DNA of 64,000 nucleotides from a bacterium (GTDB lineage Bacteria; UBA8248): NCBI GenBank assembly GCA_965207065.1, contig OZ242260.1, positions 3,232,001 to 3,296,000 of the forward strand, read 5' to 3'. Shown piece by piece: positions 61,639 to 64,000 of this stretch (position 1 is its first letter; each line of letters starts with the position of its first letter). The notes under the pieces were generated by a model. It saw only the letters and a program-made list of their open reading frames with translations, ran no database searches and was not told where the DNA came from. The position numbers and the translations under genes were made by a program.

Positions 61639-62787
61639 TCAGCCTAAGTGGCGGAACACCTCGCCCACGATATTCATGCCCTTTTCGATGACTTCCTCAT
61701 CCACCGAGTAGGTGAAGCGCAGGTGGTTTTCGCCTGAGGCGCCAAACTCGGAACCGCTGCGGATCGCCGCCCCGGCCTCCCAGACGCGCTTTCGCACCTC
61801 GCTCGAGGGAATGGGGTATTCATACCGGCAGTACTGGTAGAAACCGCCCTGGGGCTCGACCGGAATGAGTCCCGGGATGTCGCGCGTCATCTCGTTCATG
61901 AGGCGGCCCCGCTTGTGGTATTCAACTGCCATCTCAGCTACGCATTCCTGCGAGCTTCTGAGCGCAACCGCGCCCGCGCGCTGGACGAAGGTGTTGATCG
62001 GCCCGTTGATGGAGCGGTGCACGCTGAACATCGGCTGGGGCAGGTCCTCGGGCACGACCATGAAGCCGAGCCGCCAGCCAGTCATCGAGTAGGTCTTGGA
62101 AAAAGTGTCGAGCAGGATGAGGTGGTCCCTGTGTTCGGTGAACGAGAGCAGGGGAACGTGCTCGAAGCCTGGTTGCAGGATTTTCGCATAAGCCTCGTCC
62201 GATACGAGCATGAGGTCTTGCTCCGTTGCGAGTTCGGCGAGGGCCGCCAGATCCTCGCGGCGGTAGACCACGCCGGTGGGGTTGTTCGGGTTGTTGACGA
62301 GGATGAGGCGCGTGCGCTGTGTGATGGCGCGGCGCACGGCCTCTACGTCGATCTGGTAGTCCGCGTCGTGCGGTACTGAAACGGGGACGGCTCCGAGTTG
62401 CAGCGCGACGTGGGCGTAGAGGGAAAACGTGGGGTCCATGAGAATGGCCTCATCGCCCGGGTCGAGGAACGTCGTCATAACGGCGTAGATGCCGGAACTC
62501 GCCCCGTTCGTCGCGATGATGGAATGAGGCGTGTAATGCGTATTGGCCTCGCGCTCGACGTGTTCGCACACGGCTTCCAGGAATTCTGGATCCCCCTGGC
62601 CCGGTGCGTAGCCGGTCAAGCCCTGGTCGAGCGCCTCCTTGGCGGCATTCGTGATGTGCGCGGGCGTGGGGAAGTTGGGCGTTCCCGAATCGAGCGGCAC
62701 CAGACCCGCCGGTTTTTTGGCCGTCATGTGATTGGCGCGCTCTCCGCCTGCGGTCGCGGCGACGGTTTTGGCGAGGTGTCTATTCAT
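61639..62787 (-). CDS. Class I/II aminotransferase
   Basis: NNPNNPTG, SDEAY, FSKTYSMTGWRLG. Confidence 0.92.
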   Translation of the reverse strand: MNRHLAKTVAATAGGERANHMTAKKPAGLVPLDSGTPNFPTPAHITNAAKEALDQGLTGYAPGQGDPEFLEAVCEHVEREANTHYTPHSIIATNGASSGIYAVMTTFLDPGDEAILMDPTFSLYAHVALQLGAVPVSVPHDADYQIDVEAVRRAITQRTRLILVNNPNNPTGVVYRREDLAALAELATEQDLMLVSDEAYAKILQPGFEHVPLLSFTEHRDHLILLDTFSKTYSMTGWRLGFMVVPEDLPQPMFSVHRSINGPINTFVQRAGAVALRSSQECVAEMAVEYHKRGRLMNEMTRDIPGLIPVEPQGGFYQYCRYEYPIPSSEVRKRVWEAGAAIRSGSEFGASGENHLRFTYSVDEEVIEKGMNIVGEVFRHLG

Positions 62788-62851
62788 AATTTTGTGCTAT
62801 CTCCAAAAGTGAATTATCCGCATGTTGACTAGAGGCTCAAGCGACTCGTTC

Positions 62852-63847
62852 CTAGTCTCTGGTAATCACGACTTTACCGAATTGCCGGCCCCCCGCCACG
62901 CGCTCGATGGCCTCGCGGAAGTGCGACAGCGGATAGGTGGAGTCGATGTGGGCCTTTATCTTCCCCTCGGCGGCGAGGGCCATCGCCTGCTTGAATTCTT
63001 CCGGCGTCGCCATGGTGGAGGTATGGATGTCGACCTGCTTGAAATACAGATCGCGCAGGTTCACCTCCGGTATCACGTGGTGCGCGGCCCCGCCCACAAT
63101 GGTGATGCGCCCGTTCAACGCTACGCATTTCGCGCTCACCGCGAAGGTGGGGGCGCCCACGTTGTCGACGACCACGTCGGCGCCTCGGCCATCGGTGGCG
63201 TCCATCACGGCTCCCGCGACGTCCCCCGTCTTGTAGTTGATGCAGACGTCCGCGCCCAAGGATTTGGCGGTCTCGAGCTTCTCATCACTCGATGAAGTGA
63301 CGATTGCGAAAGCCCCCGCCTGCGCCGCGAGTTGCAGGCAGTAGAGCATGACGCCGCCGCCCACCCCGTGGATGAGGACGCTCTCGCCTTTTGTAAGCCG
63401 TGCGCGGCTGATGAGCTGGCGATAAGCCGTGGTGAGAGCGAGAGGAAGCGCCGCCGCCTCCTCAAAAGAGAGGTTATCAGGCTTAGGGAAAAAGTTTTTC
63501 TCCGGCAAGACGATGAACTCCGCGTGCGTGCCCGCACATTGCGCGCCCACGAGACCGTAGCCCGGCTGGGTGGGGTCGCCCAGATTGGGGTCGACGACCA
63601 CCGCATCGCCCGGCTTTAAGGTCGCGCCCGATCCCGCCTTATCCACGATGCCCGCGCCGTCCGCGCCCATGGTGTGGGGTTTCTCGTGGCGTACCATCTC
63701 AGGGGTGCACTGGTAGACGTCGATGTGGTTGATGCCCGAGGCCAGTAGTTTGACGCGCACTTCGCCCTTTTCCGGCTCTGGCGTTGGGACCTCGCCGTAT
63801 ACCAGCCCTTCGATTCCGGCGTCTCCCTGGACTGTAATCGCTTTCAT
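62852..63847 (-). CDS. MDR-superfamily oxidoreductase (quinone-oxidoreductase-like, no Zn cysteines)
   Basis: GINHID, GADGAG, HGVGGGV, GKVVI. Confidence 0.88.
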   Translation of the reverse strand: MKAITVQGDAGIEGLVYGEVPTPEPEKGEVRVKLLASGINHIDVYQCTPEMVRHEKPHTMGADGAGIVDKAGSGATLKPGDAVVVDPNLGDPTQPGYGLVGAQCAGTHAEFIVLPEKNFFPKPDNLSFEEAAALPLALTTAYRQLISRARLTKGESVLIHGVGGGVMLYCLQLAAQAGAFAIVTSSSDEKLETAKSLGADVCINYKTGDVAGAVMDATDGRGADVVVDNVGAPTFAVSAKCVALNGRITIVGGAAHHVIPEVNLRDLYFKQVDIHTSTMATPEEFKQAMALAAEGKIKAHIDSTYPLSHFREAIERVAGGRQFGKVVITRD

Positions 63848-63895
63848 TTTCGTCCTTCCTAAAGAGTGAATTTCAGTATCATAACTGAGGCGCGC

Positions 63896-64000
63896 TCATT
63901 TGGGTGGAAGCGAGCCCGCGAACTTCGCCGCCCGGCGCGCCCAGGATTTCAAGTCGTCTTCGGTCGAAATCCCGGCTGGTTCGACGAGCGCCCAGCCCTT
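63896..64000 (-). CDS. 3' end of a TfoX/Sxy-family protein (partial, runs off the window)
   Basis: Translates as KGWALVEPAGISTEDDLKSWARRAAKFAGSLPPK*, a typical TfoX_N-family C-terminus; absent from the ORF track. Confidence 0.6.
   Translation of the reverse strand, partial: KGWALVEPAGISTEDDLKSWARRAAKFAGSLPPK

Overview
A GC-rich bacterial chromosome segment. Gene order resembles Desulfobacterota/Nitrospinota-like diderms, which is an inference only. About 1-43 kb is conserved housekeeping: lolB-like-ispE-prs-rplY-pth, membrane PPase, rpsF-ssb-rpsR-rplI-dnaB-alr, tgt-yajC-secDF, argBDFG, hslUV-xerC-trmFO-topA-dprA, rng, radical SAM, mreBCD-mrdA-rodA and ppiD, with one sulfatase inserted in the opposite orientation. 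About 43-64 kb is accessory or metabolic. Main observations: (1) A sulfur-carrier cysteine-synthesis operon (cysK, Ubl/CysO-like, ThiF-like A, cysM, JAB, ThiF-like B, Rrf2) has two ThiF/MoeB paralogues with complementary defects. A keeps only the trans-acting N-terminal RYxR arginine finger. B keeps the whole ATP/Zn site but lacks that finger. This suggests a bacterial heterodimeric E1 analogous to NAE1-UBA3 and SAE1-SAE2. (2) A hidden AhpD/CMD-family selenoprotein (CxxU with a SECIS-like hairpin) is split into two ORFs by the ORF track. (3) An IscR-like box overlaps the operon promoter. (4) There is a nested palindromic REP/MITE-like element and an AT-rich, repeat-bracketed gap between convergent genes. 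(5) The right end holds tRNA-Glu(CTC), a lone DNA-repair-type radical SAM gene and a cluster of four different PLP enzymes. No CRISPR array, rRNA, transposase or prophage was seen. All family calls come from motif recognition, not database searches.
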